Position numbers and translations under genes: made by a program
In this document: piece by piece, positions 49,909 through 58,607 of the stretch
Numbering within the stretch: the stretch's first letter is position 1
Layout of the letters: the number at the start of each line of letters is the position of its first letter
The notes under the pieces: model-generated
What the model was told of the DNA's origin: nothing
What the model saw: the letters and a program-made list of their open reading frames with translations, nothing else
Database searches by the model: none
Virus record (IMG/VR): IMGVR_UViG_3300021368_000004
Coordinates: 1 to 64,000 of that record
Length of the DNA: 64,000 bases
Source of the DNA: a virus
Reading direction: 5' to 3' (one strand)

Positions 49909-50822
49909 TCAGCGTTTGCTAACCGAGCGAAGTAGCTCATAGTATCTTCTTCGTTTTCTTCCGATACTTGCTCAGCAGTTACCGGTTCTTGTGGGATGTG
50001 AGGATTCACAGCCGCTGCTGGTTCTTTAGGTGGCGCAACCTCATCTAGTGATACGGCTGCGGCAACTGTTTGTGGTGCAGTCATTCCAAGAATAGTATTC
50101 AACTTAGTCTTTAGTTCATCATATGATTTATAATTCTTTGGATCTGTCCACTCAGATAGATCATGCATCTGATTATAGATTGTTTCTAAAGCTGCATCAT
50201 CATCTGCTATTGCACTTTTCGATGCAAATTCAGATTTATCATAGTTACGATACCCTTCAACCTGACGAATCTTCAGTTTAAAGTTAGCACCTTCCCACAT
50301 GTCGAACGGATTCACCGGTTCTTCATCTTGGAATTGTGGTTGCATCATATCCATAATCTTATCGAAGATCTTCTTACCATACTGATACATGAATATCTTG
50401 CCTTCGTTGGCAGGATTACCTGGATCAGATACAACAAGAATGTTTGAGACATAATGAAGTCGACGCTTTTGTGTACGTGCTTTATCTTTGTCTGCTTCGA
50501 TACCAGAATTCCATAGTAGAGAGTTCATCTCACCGACTGGATCATTCAATCCAATAGATGTTAGTGACTTTTCAATATACCATTGACCTTGTGGACCTTT
50601 AAATCCATGATCCCAATATCGGGCCCATGGAACATCTTGTCCTTCTCCGGCTGGTAGAAAACGAATGACTGCGTAACCATTACCGGCTTTATCAACCGTT
50701 GGCTTCCACATTCTTTCGTCTACATAGGATTTTTTTTCTGTATTACCGCCACCGACTGCTTCGGCTGCTTGTAATAAATTTGATATTTGATCGCGATTGC
50801 GTTTTAAGTTTGCAAAACTCAT
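49905..50822 (-). CDS. gp32: Single-stranded DNA-binding protein gp32
   Basis: D.R.WKP..DKAGNGYAVIRFLP, HGFKGP.G.WYIE.SL, YGKKIFDKI, GANFKLKIR.VEGY.NYDKSEF; acidic tail. Confidence 0.95.
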   Translation of the reverse strand: MSFANLKRNRDQISNLLQAAEAVGGGNTEKKSYVDERMWKPTVDKAGNGYAVIRFLPAGEGQDVPWARYWDHGFKGPQGQWYIEKSLTSIGLNDPVGEMNSLLWNSGIEADKDKARTQKRRLHYVSNILVVSDPGNPANEGKIFMYQYGKKIFDKIMDMMQPQFQDEEPVNPFDMWEGANFKLKIRQVEGYRNYDKSEFASKSAIADDDAALETIYNQMHDLSEWTDPKNYKSYDELKTKLNTILGMTAPQTVAAAVSLDEVAPPKEPAAAVNPHIPQEPVTAEQVSEENEEDTMSYFARLANAD

Positions 50823-50856
50823 ATGTTACCTCATATTGCTGAAATGTTACTGAAAT

Positions 50857-50885
50857 ATTATACACTGGATAATTCATAATGTACA
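50857..50885 (-). promoter_or_regulatory. Sigma70-like early promoter TGTACA-N17-TATAAT (gp32)
   Basis: One of five copies with exact 17-bp spacing. Confidence 0.75.
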
Positions 50886-50892
50886 TGTATAT

Positions 50893-51129
50893 TTATTCAA
50901 AAAAACTATCATCCAGTGAATTTGTTTTAGGCAATAAATTAAGAGACATTGCCTCAGCCTCAAGTTTGTCCTTGATAATAGGACTCACAAACTTTCGAAC
51001 ATCTTCTGGTTCGATGTTGTTCTTTTCGCAGATGTCGAGGATTGCATCCATATAGGATAGCTTCTTCTGTACAACAGCCTCCTCGATCATCTTGCCAAAT
51101 TTAGATTTAGTTAGAAACTCTTCGCTCAT
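50893..51129 (-). CDS. gp33: Late transcription co-activator gp33
   Basis: F...IE..V......YMDAI..ICE.N.IE.EDV.K.VS..IK.KLE.EA..LN.LP. Confidence 0.85.
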   Translation of the reverse strand: MSEEFLTKSKFGKMIEEAVVQKKLSYMDAILDICEKNNIEPEDVRKFVSPIIKDKLEAEAMSLNLLPKTNSLDDSFFE

Positions 51130-51603
51130 TTAATCTCCCATAGTTAAGTCATCCCAAACAGTTCCGATGTCTGAGTAGAATACACCATGCGTACGTTTTG
51201 CCATACCGTCTTTATCATAGGCAGGCACAACACTACGCCATTTAATTTTATTCTGTTGATACTCACCATAGCAATCATCAACATAGTCACCATCACGTAA
51301 GTACTTCTCAAGATTACGAATGTAAGCCTGATGATTAGCTACACGTGCAGGTGCACCTTTTGTATTTGCTCGTAGATCTTTACGAGCGAGTGCTAACTCT
51401 TCACGCTGAGTCTTAATCCAACCTTGTATCTTTCGAAAGTGAAAGGGATCATCCTCAGTCCGTGCAAGCACAGTCTCGTGGATGTATTTGTATTGAGGTG
51501 GATTAGCCGCCTGTCTTTTTGCTCTAGCTTTTGCTAGACGTTCACCAGCTGCTTTGCGCTGTTCTTCTGACATAGGCTTGCGTTTTTTACGAATTTTAAC
51601 CAT
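51130..51603 (-). CDS. Hypothetical protein with basic N-terminus
   Basis: AAGGAG RBS, promoter upstream. Confidence 0.7.
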   Translation of the reverse strand: MVKIRKKRKPMSEEQRKAAGERLAKARAKRQAANPPQYKYIHETVLARTEDDPFHFRKIQGWIKTQREELALARKDLRANTKGAPARVANHQAYIRNLEKYLRDGDYVDDCYGEYQQNKIKWRSVVPAYDKDGMAKRTHGVFYSDIGTVWDDLTMGD

Positions 51604-51625
51604 ACTATTTCTCCTTCATAATAGT

Positions 51626-51697
51626 ATTCTATCACAGTTTTACGCAATTGTACACAGTTAAATTTATTTTTTTATGAGGTGTGATAATTATGTTACA
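51626..51697 (-). promoter_or_regulatory. Early promoter TGTACA-N17-TAGAAT plus upstream palindrome (51680-51697)
   Basis: -35 at 51649-51654, -10 at 51626-51631. Confidence 0.7.
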
Positions 51698-51902
51698 CCT
51701 CTGAATCAGGATGTAAGATAATTTGCTCACCATCCTGATCAATTCCTGTTTTTAGAAAACCTTTATCAATGAGAATTGTAATAGTCGTATCTATTATTTC
51801 GTCAGTCTGACGTTGTGCATATGACTTACCGATCATATACGCAACACCTGATGCAACGAATAATAGTATCCACATTAATATCTGATAATCAATACCTGTC
51901 AT
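51693..51902 (-). CDS. Small membrane protein
   Basis: N-terminal TM helix, ATGA coupling. Confidence 0.65.
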   Translation of the reverse strand: MTGIDYQILMWILLFVASGVAYMIGKSYAQRQTDEIIDTTITILIDKGFLKTGIDQDGEQIILHPDSEV

Positions 51903-52153
51903 TCACATACAAAGCTCACTACATTAGAAATCCTAAATGATCTCCAACCTTCTTTATTTACATCCCATACAGCAAGAACCTCTTCGTTCAAATCACGAAC
52001 TTTCTTTTGTGTAATAGGATCTTTAGTCGCTTTTGGAATTACATCTTCCCTAAGCGTACAAATCATATTACGTTCCTCGCCGTTTAGTTTTGTAAATATC
52101 ACTCGACACTGTGATGTTTGCAGCATCTCCATCATCTCGTTTCTTGTAAGCAT
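51899..52153 (-). CDS. WYL/SH3-fold-like small phage protein
   Basis: V.FTK.NGEER.M.CTL...VWDV.K.GWRSFR. Confidence 0.75.
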   Translation of the reverse strand: MLTRNEMMEMLQTSQCRVIFTKLNGEERNMICTLREDVIPKATKDPITQKKVRDLNEEVLAVWDVNKEGWRSFRISNVVSFVCE

Positions 52154-52376
52154 CTTTCACCTCCAATGTGTATGTGCCTTCAGGTAATGTCCAAGCTTTC
52201 ATTAGCTTGTAATACATTGTTGCAGTCATAGTTATAACGTCAAAGAACTGTATTTTTTCATTCCATTGTCGTATATAAACTAAGTCGTCATATATGAGCA
52301 CAGAAACATCCTCACCACCTAAGTCATTTAAAATGGTGATCAGTGTTTCATCCATATCATTTTCGATAGTAAACAT
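52068..52376 (-). CDS. Hypothetical protein
   Basis: TAATG-coupled start; VYIRQW...LPEG.Y. Confidence 0.6.
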   Translation of the reverse strand: MFTIENDMDETLITILNDLGGEDVSVLIYDDLVYIRQWNEKIQFFDVITMTATMYYKLMKAWTLPEGTYTLEVKDAYKKRDDGDAANITVSSDIYKTKRRGT

Positions 52377-52537
52377 TAGTCTATCATAATCTCTTCTTCC
52401 GGTTCATATTCGATAAACATCTTTAATGTTCCGCCGTCATCTTGTAAATCAAATTGTACAGCAGTTACATTATTTCTTACAAGCTGTCTACCATTATTAT
52501 CTATAACTTCAATTCGTTCAATCTTTTCCCAGTCCAT
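52376..52537 (-). CDS. Small hypothetical protein (53 aa)
   Basis: Below the track cutoff. MDWEKIERIEVIDNNGRQLVRNNVTAVQFDLQDDGGTLKMFIEYEPEEEIMID; stop overlaps the next ATG. Confidence 0.7.
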   Translation of the reverse strand: MDWEKIERIEVIDNNGRQLVRNNVTAVQFDLQDDGGTLKMFIEYEPEEEIMID

Positions 52538-52862
52538 ACTCAAATCCAATCACTATACCAGGTTCAATATTACCATTTACATCTTCAGCTGCTGGACTAA
52601 TAAAAAAGTTTTTATATGTTGCTCTCATAAAAGGAACAACATCATTGAGTTCGTCGTATCCAGTAGAGATTCCTATCTCAGCACCAAAGTCTTTATATTC
52701 ATATCTATAGCCGGCATACAGACTCATTCTGTCCATACTATTATAATATGCACCAGCAATTTTACCGTCATCTTGCCATCTCACGTGTGGGTGTATCTGA
52801 TTATAATCGCCTTCTAATCCTACGTGAAGTGATAAGCCTATGGCAAGTGCGAGACTACTCAT
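52518..52862 (-). CDS. Putative small outer-membrane beta-barrel protein (PagP-like pattern)
   Basis: SLH...YN..HP...AGAYYNS..R.S.YAG...G..TGY...P; alternating amphipathic strands. Confidence 0.45.
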   Translation of the reverse strand: MSSLALAIGLSLHVGLEGDYNQIHPHVRWQDDGKIAGAYYNSMDRMSLYAGYRYEYKDFGAEIGISTGYDELNDVVPFMRATYKNFFISPAAEDVNGNIEPGIVIGFEYGLGKD

Positions 52863-53200
52863 CGCCTCATCTTTGCCATAGCTTCTGCATCTTTCTTACG
52901 TGTAACAGGTACACTATTAGATTTATGCATAGTGCCTATACCAATGATATAGTCACCTGTGTATTGATTTGCCTTGCCCTTTGGACAAGTGCCAGGTATG
53001 GCATCAGAAGTCTTAACGCCTGAATCTCCATCATTTCTATATGTAGGTATTTCTGATCTAACATCTGATGCCTTACCCTTTACGCCCATCTTCTTTAGAA
53101 AGGCTTCGTGATGTGCCATGGCTTCTTTCCATCCAGGTTTACGTTTAACCTTACGACGGCTACCATGAACTTGTACACCACGAATCATATGCATACTCAT
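52859..53200 (-). CDS. Conserved T4-like hypothetical protein (start revised to 53200)
   Basis: AGGAG RBS before MSMHM; YTG..I.GI.TMHKSN.VPV. Confidence 0.7.
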   Translation of the reverse strand: MSMHMIRGVQVHGSRRKVKRKPGWKEAMAHHEAFLKKMGVKGKASDVRSEIPTYRNDGDSGVKTSDAIPGTCPKGKANQYTGDYIIGIGTMHKSNSVPVTRKKDAEAMAKMRR

Positions 53201-53217
53201 AATAATCTCCTTGTCAA

Positions 53218-53246
53218 TTGGAGGGGCTTCTCGAGTGCCCCTCCAA
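53218..53246. other. Strong GC-rich hairpin (10-bp stem) in a structured intergenic region
   Basis: ttggaggggc-N9-gcccctccaa. Confidence 0.7.
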
Positions 53247-53395
53247 CCTATCTGCATTTAACGTATGCAGCAACCGACTGAGTTTATCGGTACCAGTGAC
53301 TAAACCGACCTAAATGCCCTGTACAGGAACTTTCAATTACATCTAGGCTTTTTTGGGTACGTTTGGCGTAATTGCCAGGCTTTCCCCTTTGCCTA

Positions 53396-53659
53396 TTAGT
53401 CCCAATCGTTATCGTAACGAGTGGTTTCGTACATGGTTTCACCATAGTACTCTTTTGCATAACTAGATGCATCTGTGTATTGATAGATGTTAGTCTCTTT
53501 AGGCAAAGGCATGTCTTTCAGATTCTTAGACTTTTTAATCTGAGGTTTAAGAGCACGTGTTTTACGCTTGATAGCGTCCATTCTCTTTTTACGATTAAGA
53601 TGATCAGCTGCTTTTTTGATAAGAGCCATACGTTCGTCATAAGTAGTTGCTATAGTCAT
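53396..53659 (-). CDS. Hypothetical early protein
   Basis: GGAGG RBS, promoter upstream. Confidence 0.7.
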   Translation of the reverse strand: MTIATTYDERMALIKKAADHLNRKKRMDAIKRKTRALKPQIKKSKNLKDMPLPKETNIYQYTDASSYAKEYYGETMYETTRYDNDWD

Positions 53660-53681
53660 GTGACCTCCATAATATAATTTG

Positions 53682-53727
53682 ATCCTACACTATTGGTAGG
53701 TATTTGTACATGTGACAGGATGTCACA
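53682..53727 (-). promoter_or_regulatory. Early promoter TGTACA-N17-TAGGAT with abutting palindrome TGTGACA-N3-TGTCACA
   Basis: -35 at 53705-53710, -10 at 53682-53687, palindrome at 53711-53727. Confidence 0.7.
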
Positions 53728-53728
53728 C

Positions 53729-54256
53729 CTAATCGTAGCACATCCTGCCATCATGCATTCTGAATACATCAGTCAACTGATCATCGAGATATTCTAGATC
53801 ATCTTTGTTGCACTGAAACCTAATGCCGATTCCACCTGCATTTTCCCATGCAATGATGTTTGAAGGCTTATCATCAATTAAGATGTTAGGTTTACCAGAC
53901 AATCGACTGATTGCATACTTATGCTTATTAGAAGTAAAGATAAGCTTCTCAAGATCATCAGGCATAAAACCGTGAATTGTAAGCCACTTACGTTTCCAAA
54001 AAGCAGAGTTGTAATGATCATCTCGTAGAGGTGAAGAACAGATTCCCCAATCTCCATCTGAATGTTCTTTTACAATCTCAACGATATCGGCAGCTTCAGC
54101 AAAAGCAGGAATCTGATAAAAGAAATCTGTATTGCGAATCTCATTCAAGCATCGCTCGATATTCTTTATATCTTTCCAGTGATCAGCACCGAAATCATCT
54201 TCTAGTTTTCCAAAGAAGTCAGCAATGACTCCATCCATATCTAAATATACTGTCAT
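53729..54256 (-). CDS. 5'(3')-deoxyribonucleotidase-like HAD phosphatase
   Basis: YLDMDGVIADF (DxD), ICSSP, K..WL, NILIDD...NI..W..AGGIGI. Confidence 0.85.
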   Translation of the reverse strand: MTVYLDMDGVIADFFGKLEDDFGADHWKDIKNIERCLNEIRNTDFFYQIPAFAEAADIVEIVKEHSDGDWGICSSPLRDDHYNSAFWKRKWLTIHGFMPDDLEKLIFTSNKHKYAISRLSGKPNILIDDKPSNIIAWENAGGIGIRFQCNKDDLEYLDDQLTDVFRMHDGRMCYD

Positions 54257-54495
54257 TACACACCAAACCTATCTGCTATTTCATCTAGCGCTTCTTGTCC
54301 GCCTGATGATAGCCTATCCCAATCGAAATATAAATCTTCGATTAATTTTTTCACAAGAGTAGCACTCCATCCTTCAACAGTCAAAGCCTTTATATCAGCT
54401 ATGTAGTCTAGAGTTGCTTTTCCACTAGATGACATTCGATAATAATCGAAATATAAGTCATCAATTAATTCTTTATTTTTTTCAGAAACACCCAT
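54256..54495 (-). CDS. Small protein made of a duplicated motif
   Basis: LIDDLYFDYYRMSSSGKATLDYIAD / LIEDLYFDWDRLSSGGQEALDEIAD. Confidence 0.7.
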   Translation of the reverse strand: MGVSEKNKELIDDLYFDYYRMSSSGKATLDYIADIKALTVEGWSATLVKKLIEDLYFDWDRLSSGGQEALDEIADRFGV

Positions 54496-54893
54496 TAAGC
54501 AGCCTCCTCTTCCATCGCTTTTGCAATGATCATGTTTGAGCGATAATGAATACCGAACTGCTCAACCGCTGCTAACTTAATAATCCTACGAAACTCAGGA
54601 GCTATTGTGTCTTCACAATATTCCCAGTTGATTTTTGCATCAAAAGCAAGTTGACTACGAACAGTAGGAACAGGTACCTCAGCATAGTTCATGCCAAAGA
54701 TAGAAGCAAATTCTTTACGACGATTTGCTAAACCATTGTTGAAGCAGTCATACACAGCATTCTGAGCTTTACGAAATCTCTCAAGATACTTGTTAGCTGA
54801 ACGAGGTGATTCTACTGAACCTTCAAGAGGAATTAATTCATTCAACTTGTCAATTACTGTCTCTAGATCGCCAAGACTTTTTTGCATAAACAT
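54495..54893 (-). CDS. Hypothetical early protein (start revised to 54893)
   Basis: AAGGAG RBS; LERFRKAQN..YD.FNNGL.N. Confidence 0.7.
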   Translation of the reverse strand: MFMQKSLGDLETVIDKLNELIPLEGSVESPRSANKYLERFRKAQNAVYDCFNNGLANRRKEFASIFGMNYAEVPVPTVRSQLAFDAKINWEYCEDTIAPEFRRIIKLAAVEQFGIHYRSNMIIAKAMEEEAA

Positions 54894-54919
54894 AATAATC
54901 TCCTTCATGTTATATTAAT

Positions 54920-54948
54920 AATCTAACATGTTTCATATCAAATGTACA
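54920..54948 (-). promoter_or_regulatory. Early promoter TGTACA-N17-TAGATT
   Basis: 17-bp spacing; palindrome at 54995-55012 upstream. Confidence 0.65.
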
Positions 54949-54949
54949 T

Positions 54950-54978
54950 AAAAAAATGCGCATAAAGCGCACTTTTTT
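54950..54978 (-). terminator. Probable intrinsic (bidirectional) terminator
   Basis: A7-tgcgc-ataaa-gcgca-c-T6, downstream of the 55013-58577 operon. Confidence 0.6.
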
Positions 54979-54994
54979 CATTTTATTTAGTTAT

Positions 54995-55012
54995 TGTGAC
55001 ATTTATGTCACA
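54995..55012. promoter_or_regulatory. Palindromic operator-like site TGTGACATTTATGTCACA
   Basis: Perfect 8-bp inverted repeat; related sites at 51680, 53711 and 61097. Confidence 0.6.
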
Positions 55013-55675
55013 CTATTGTGATAATGGATTATCTAATGCTTCTTGTAGTCTTTCGAATATTTCTTTATCTAATGCCTTCATATCAGTTCGTATATCTTTA
55101 TCTAATAGCCTTGCACTAGCTTCTATTTCACGTATAGATGCGGTAACATCTTTCTGTTGTTCATTCATATCATTTCGTATAGATTCTAATGTATTACCTA
55201 TACTAGCTTGTGTAGCTTTAATTCGTGCTTCTGATTCCTCAAGGTTGGTACTGATCTTATCTCTCAGATCTGCCATCGTGTCTTGATTATCTTTCAGAGT
55301 AATTCTAAATCTCTCTTCAAATGTATCAAGCTTTGTATATACGTCATTACGTAGTTTACGTACAGTTGCTTCTGCTCTTTGTACTTGTTCTTCTAAAAGG
55401 ACTATTTGTCCTTCTAGTCGTGAAACATCATTGGCTAAGTCTTGTCTGATCTCTGTCGTATATGCTATAGCATCGTTTAGTTTTTGTAATTGTAAATCAT
55501 TAGCGGCCGCTATCTCATCTACATCGACATTCTGAACAATCTCTCTCATGTCCATATAGTCTTTGTAGAATTCGAATCCTCCCCATGCAGCACCACCTAA
55601 TGTAGATAATGCAGTAAGAATCACCATCATCTTACCGCCTCTAAAAGTCATGCCTCCGAATTCCATCTCAGCCAT
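55013..55675 (-). CDS. Membrane-anchored coiled-coil protein
   Basis: N-terminal hydrophobic helix (VILTALSTLGGAAWGGF), long heptad region, C-terminal ALDNPL. Confidence 0.7.
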   Translation of the reverse strand: MAEMEFGGMTFRGGKMMVILTALSTLGGAAWGGFEFYKDYMDMREIVQNVDVDEIAAANDLQLQKLNDAIAYTTEIRQDLANDVSRLEGQIVLLEEQVQRAEATVRKLRNDVYTKLDTFEERFRITLKDNQDTMADLRDKISTNLEESEARIKATQASIGNTLESIRNDMNEQQKDVTASIREIEASARLLDKDIRTDMKALDKEIFERLQEALDNPLSQ

Positions 55676-55856
55676 TGATCAGTCCTTGTAGTTGTGGACC
55701 AAAACTACCAACAGCCCATAGCATGATAACTAAAGCGATTACTCCGATTAATACCCATTTCATCTTGAAATCATCTACTGTCATTTTAAATGCAAACAAT
55801 TCGTTACCTAACACACGAATTGCCATTTCTAATTTGCCTTCTGGTTCATCTGCCAT
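55668..55856 (-). CDS. Small membrane protein
   Basis: C-terminal TM helix WVLIGVIALVIMLWAV. Confidence 0.65.
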   Translation of the reverse strand: MADEPEGKLEMAIRVLGNELFAFKMTVDDFKMKWVLIGVIALVIMLWAVGSFGPQLQGLING

Positions 55857-55858
55857 AT

Positions 55859-56260
55859 CTATTCCTCAAATTGTAATTCTTTGAGAGATTGAATTTCTTT
55901 TCTTAGTTGTTCCAACTCTAAAGATTTCTTTTGCAATTCTAATTCATATAATCTATTACAGTCAATTCTTTTCTTTGGTTTAGATCCGAGTGGTATTACT
56001 ATCCGACTATAAACACCGATACTGCCAACATCTTTCTCATTTATCCAATTGTTCATCGAATCATATCTACCACCATCTATGAGTCCGGTTACACCAAACT
56101 CTAATGTGGTTGCAGAACCGATTGCATTCGAACAATCCATTTGACCTGATTTAAATTTATCTGATTGATAACTACCAGGTGCACTTGGTAATTGTAGGTT
56201 TAGAGATTCTGCATAAGCAGAACCAGCCATCATACAAATAACCAAAATAATATATCGCAT
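55859..56260 (-). CDS. Exported protein with beta-hairpin and C-terminal coiled coil
   Basis: Signal peptide AYA|ES; LEFGVTG and IGVYSRIVIPLG amphipathic strands; two Cys in the mature part. Confidence 0.65.
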   Translation of the reverse strand: MRYIILVICMMAGSAYAESLNLQLPSAPGSYQSDKFKSGQMDCSNAIGSATTLEFGVTGLIDGGRYDSMNNWINEKDVGSIGVYSRIVIPLGSKPKKRIDCNRLYELELQKKSLELEQLRKEIQSLKELQFEE

Positions 56261-56267
56261 TATAATC

Positions 56268-56639
56268 TCACTTAACTCTGGAGCAAATCCTCGATCTAAC
56301 TCCCGTACCTGTCACTTCAGATTTTAAATGCTTTGATGTAGTGCAAATAAACTCTATTCGTTCAAGGTCTTGTTTTCTGATATTGACGTCAAAATCTGCA
56401 TGTTCTAGATGCTCTAGTTTCATTATCTTATTTTTCGAATGAAATGGTATTTTATTCCATTCCTCATCATGTACAGATACTTCATAATATTTTACATCCT
56501 CACGTCTGTTCCACATATGTAACTTAGCAAAGTATACACCATCAACAATATGTGGTTTAAACTCAGGATATGTCGGCGTCAGTTCATGGGCTGCAGCGCT
56601 ACTCGTAAATAACACCGCAGCCATTAATAATTTCCACAT
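56268..56639 (-). CDS. Exported protein, pilus-chaperone-like Ig domain (tentative)
   Basis: Signal peptide AAA|HE; LTPTY start; beta-rich; ICTTSK...SRICS. Confidence 0.5.
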   Translation of the reverse strand: MWKLLMAAVLFTSSAAAHELTPTYPEFKPHIVDGVYFAKLHMWNRREDVKYYEVSVHDEEWNKIPFHSKNKIMKLEHLEHADFDVNIRKQDLERIEFICTTSKHLKSEVTGTGVRSRICSRVK

Positions 56640-56663
56640 CGCGTGTCTCCCTTTTAGAGGGTA

Positions 56664-57158
56664 TTAGTCGGCAACACACGTAGCTGTAACCATAGCTTTG
56701 TACTCGCCACCTGGAAATGGTTTACCTTCACCATATGTGACTTCTGATTCAATTTTAAACCATGCACTTCCGGCTTGTGATAGTGCAAATTCTGTCCACT
56801 CGTTGTATTCAGTTTTTGCATCTTCATAACCTGACATAGCTGTAACTGTACCAGATGAATATGTTGTTTCACCATCCCAATTCACAGCATCAGTTAAATT
56901 AGGTGATGTTGTAAACTCAGTTGGCCAACCAATCTTAGCGGTATAAGCATCTGCAAGAGTCACGTCGTAACGTACCATCGCGTCAATACCACCATCTGCA
57001 GCTTTAGTACTCAACTCATCGGCTGTTGGGTTACCATATACACCTGCAGTAGATGTGTAAACGGAACACTTAGACGATACGGTACCAGATATCTCAGTCG
57101 CCCAAGCACCAGTAGTCGCAAGTCCAATTGCTCCAAGGGTTAAAATAGTTCTGAACAT
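56664..57158 (-). CDS. Exported fimbrial/pilin-like protein (tentative; start 57158 or 57170)
   Basis: Signal peptide AWA|TE; ISGTVSSKCSV N-terminus; PGGEYKAMVTATC C-terminus, as in Csu/SCPU-type pilins. Confidence 0.55.
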   Translation of the reverse strand: MFRTILTLGAIGLATTGAWATEISGTVSSKCSVYTSTAGVYGNPTADELSTKAADGGIDAMVRYDVTLADAYTAKIGWPTEFTTSPNLTDAVNWDGETTYSSGTVTAMSGYEDAKTEYNEWTEFALSQAGSAWFKIESEVTYGEGKPFPGGEYKAMVTATCVAD

Positions 57159-57169
57159 TTGTTTCTCCA

Positions 57170-58075
57170 TTATCGTTCATACTGTGAGCGAACCATAGTT
57201 CTGTGATTAGCATCAGATGCTAAATTTCTCAACGCTCGTCTATTATCTGGATAATCTGTAGTCGGTAACTTAACTGTTTCCTCATACACACCACCCGGCA
57301 ATGATGTAGCATAATATTGATTGAGTTTCGGCACTTGCGCTAATTCTGCAAGTATCGAGGCCTGCTCACTTGTATCAACCATGGCTTCCAAACTGTTGTC
57401 AGCTCCTAGTTGTTCCTCCAGGCTTTCTTCTTCTCTTTCCTCTTCTTCAACTTCAAGTTCTTCTTCTTCTTTTGGCTTCTCAGCTTCTTCTGCAAGATTA
57501 GCTTGAACCCATTCATCATAAAAAGGATCATCGACTTCAGGTGCTTCAAGATTAGCAATGTAATCTGATAAAGCAGCTTCATAACCAGGACATATTGGAT
57601 CTGCAAGAGGTGTTAAATAACACTTTTCCAATGTCTCATCAATGACCATTTTATAATTATATATTACAAACGGATCTTCTATAGATCCTTCACCTTCAAC
57701 TTGTAATGAACCATCTCCCCATCGATTCGCATTTGTATATCCAAATCTAAAAAACTTTTGTATCGTGCCACCGTACTGATTACTCCAATCATCTGTATGC
57801 TCAAATACTTTTTCACCAGGATTTGCAAGATCTTCATGTGACAAAGTTACAGTTGCATCGTCCTCTTGTTCTTTCACCATTGTATATCTATAATACAAAC
57901 CATTAATCTCAACAGTCATAAATGGCTGAGAGAAATCAGGCAATATATTTTTCATAGCCCAAGCAAGTCCATCTCGAGCTGCATTATTAGTTGATGCGTA
58001 GGTAGTGTCAGAGTAGCAGTAAGAGTAAGAGGCCACCCACAAAACCGCCGCCCATGAGAGTCGACTTAGTTTCAT
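57170..58075 (-). CDS. Exported protein with Cys motif and acidic linker (start revised to 58075)
   Basis: Signal-like MKLSRLSWAAVLWVASYSYCYS; CYLTPLADPICPGY; Glu-rich tract. Confidence 0.65.
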   Translation of the reverse strand: MKLSRLSWAAVLWVASYSYCYSDTTYASTNNAARDGLAWAMKNILPDFSQPFMTVEINGLYYRYTMVKEQEDDATVTLSHEDLANPGEKVFEHTDDWSNQYGGTIQKFFRFGYTNANRWGDGSLQVEGEGSIEDPFVIYNYKMVIDETLEKCYLTPLADPICPGYEAALSDYIANLEAPEVDDPFYDEWVQANLAEEAEKPKEEEELEVEEEEREEESLEEQLGADNSLEAMVDTSEQASILAELAQVPKLNQYYATSLPGGVYEETVKLPTTDYPDNRRALRNLASDANHRTMVRSQYER

Positions 58076-58577
58076 CGTCCATATCCCTAATAATATTCTT
58101 CTGTGGTTCTTCAGGCTGACGTTCACTATCTGCCAACCAAGCAGCTTTTGCTGCATCACCTATCATACCATCATAAGGACAAGGTGTACCTGCATCCATC
58201 ATCGCATCAAATACGCGAGGATCTTGACACATAACTGAAACCGCTGCTACTTTCATACCCATATCATATAAGGTCTTTGCGTTCTTCAGTTTCTCACAAT
58301 TCATATCCCGTACTGTCTTGCCAGCCGAGATACCTAAAATCTGTGTTTGTACTGCACCAGAAACTCCAACTGTACATAAATCTGAATTTGCTGAATTGAT
58401 TGATGGTGCAATAGCGGAAGGGGGCGGTGATTTAACCGTTGTAGTAGATGTGCTTGTACTATCAACTGTAGATGTGTTAATGTTATCAGTTTTGATTACA
58501 TCTTCGGGGGCTTCTTGGCCTAAAGATGCCGTGGCGATAAAAATCATAACCACTAGTAAACCTAGTTGTCTGAGCAT
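58008..58577 (-). CDS. Exported Cys-rich protein with C-terminal membrane anchor
   Basis: Signal peptide SLG|QE; SPPPSAIAP...DLC.VGVSGAVQTQ.LG.S.G...NCE...MCQD...GTPCP; C-terminal GGLLLLLLL. Confidence 0.7.
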   Translation of the reverse strand: MLRQLGLLVVMIFIATASLGQEAPEDVIKTDNINTSTVDSTSTSTTTVKSPPPSAIAPSINSANSDLCTVGVSGAVQTQILGISAGKTVRDMNCEKLKNAKTLYDMGMKVAAVSVMCQDPRVFDAMMDAGTPCPYDGMIGDAAKAAWLADSERQPEEPQKNIIRDMDDETKSTLMGGGFVGGLLLLLLL

Positions 58578-58607
58578 ATTAAAATCCAAAATAATTTATA
58601 TATGCTG

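Noticed and set aside
53284-53472. 62-aa ORF across the structured intergenic region
   Set aside because: It overlaps 53396..53659 out of frame, has no clear RBS, and the region is better explained by RNA structure.
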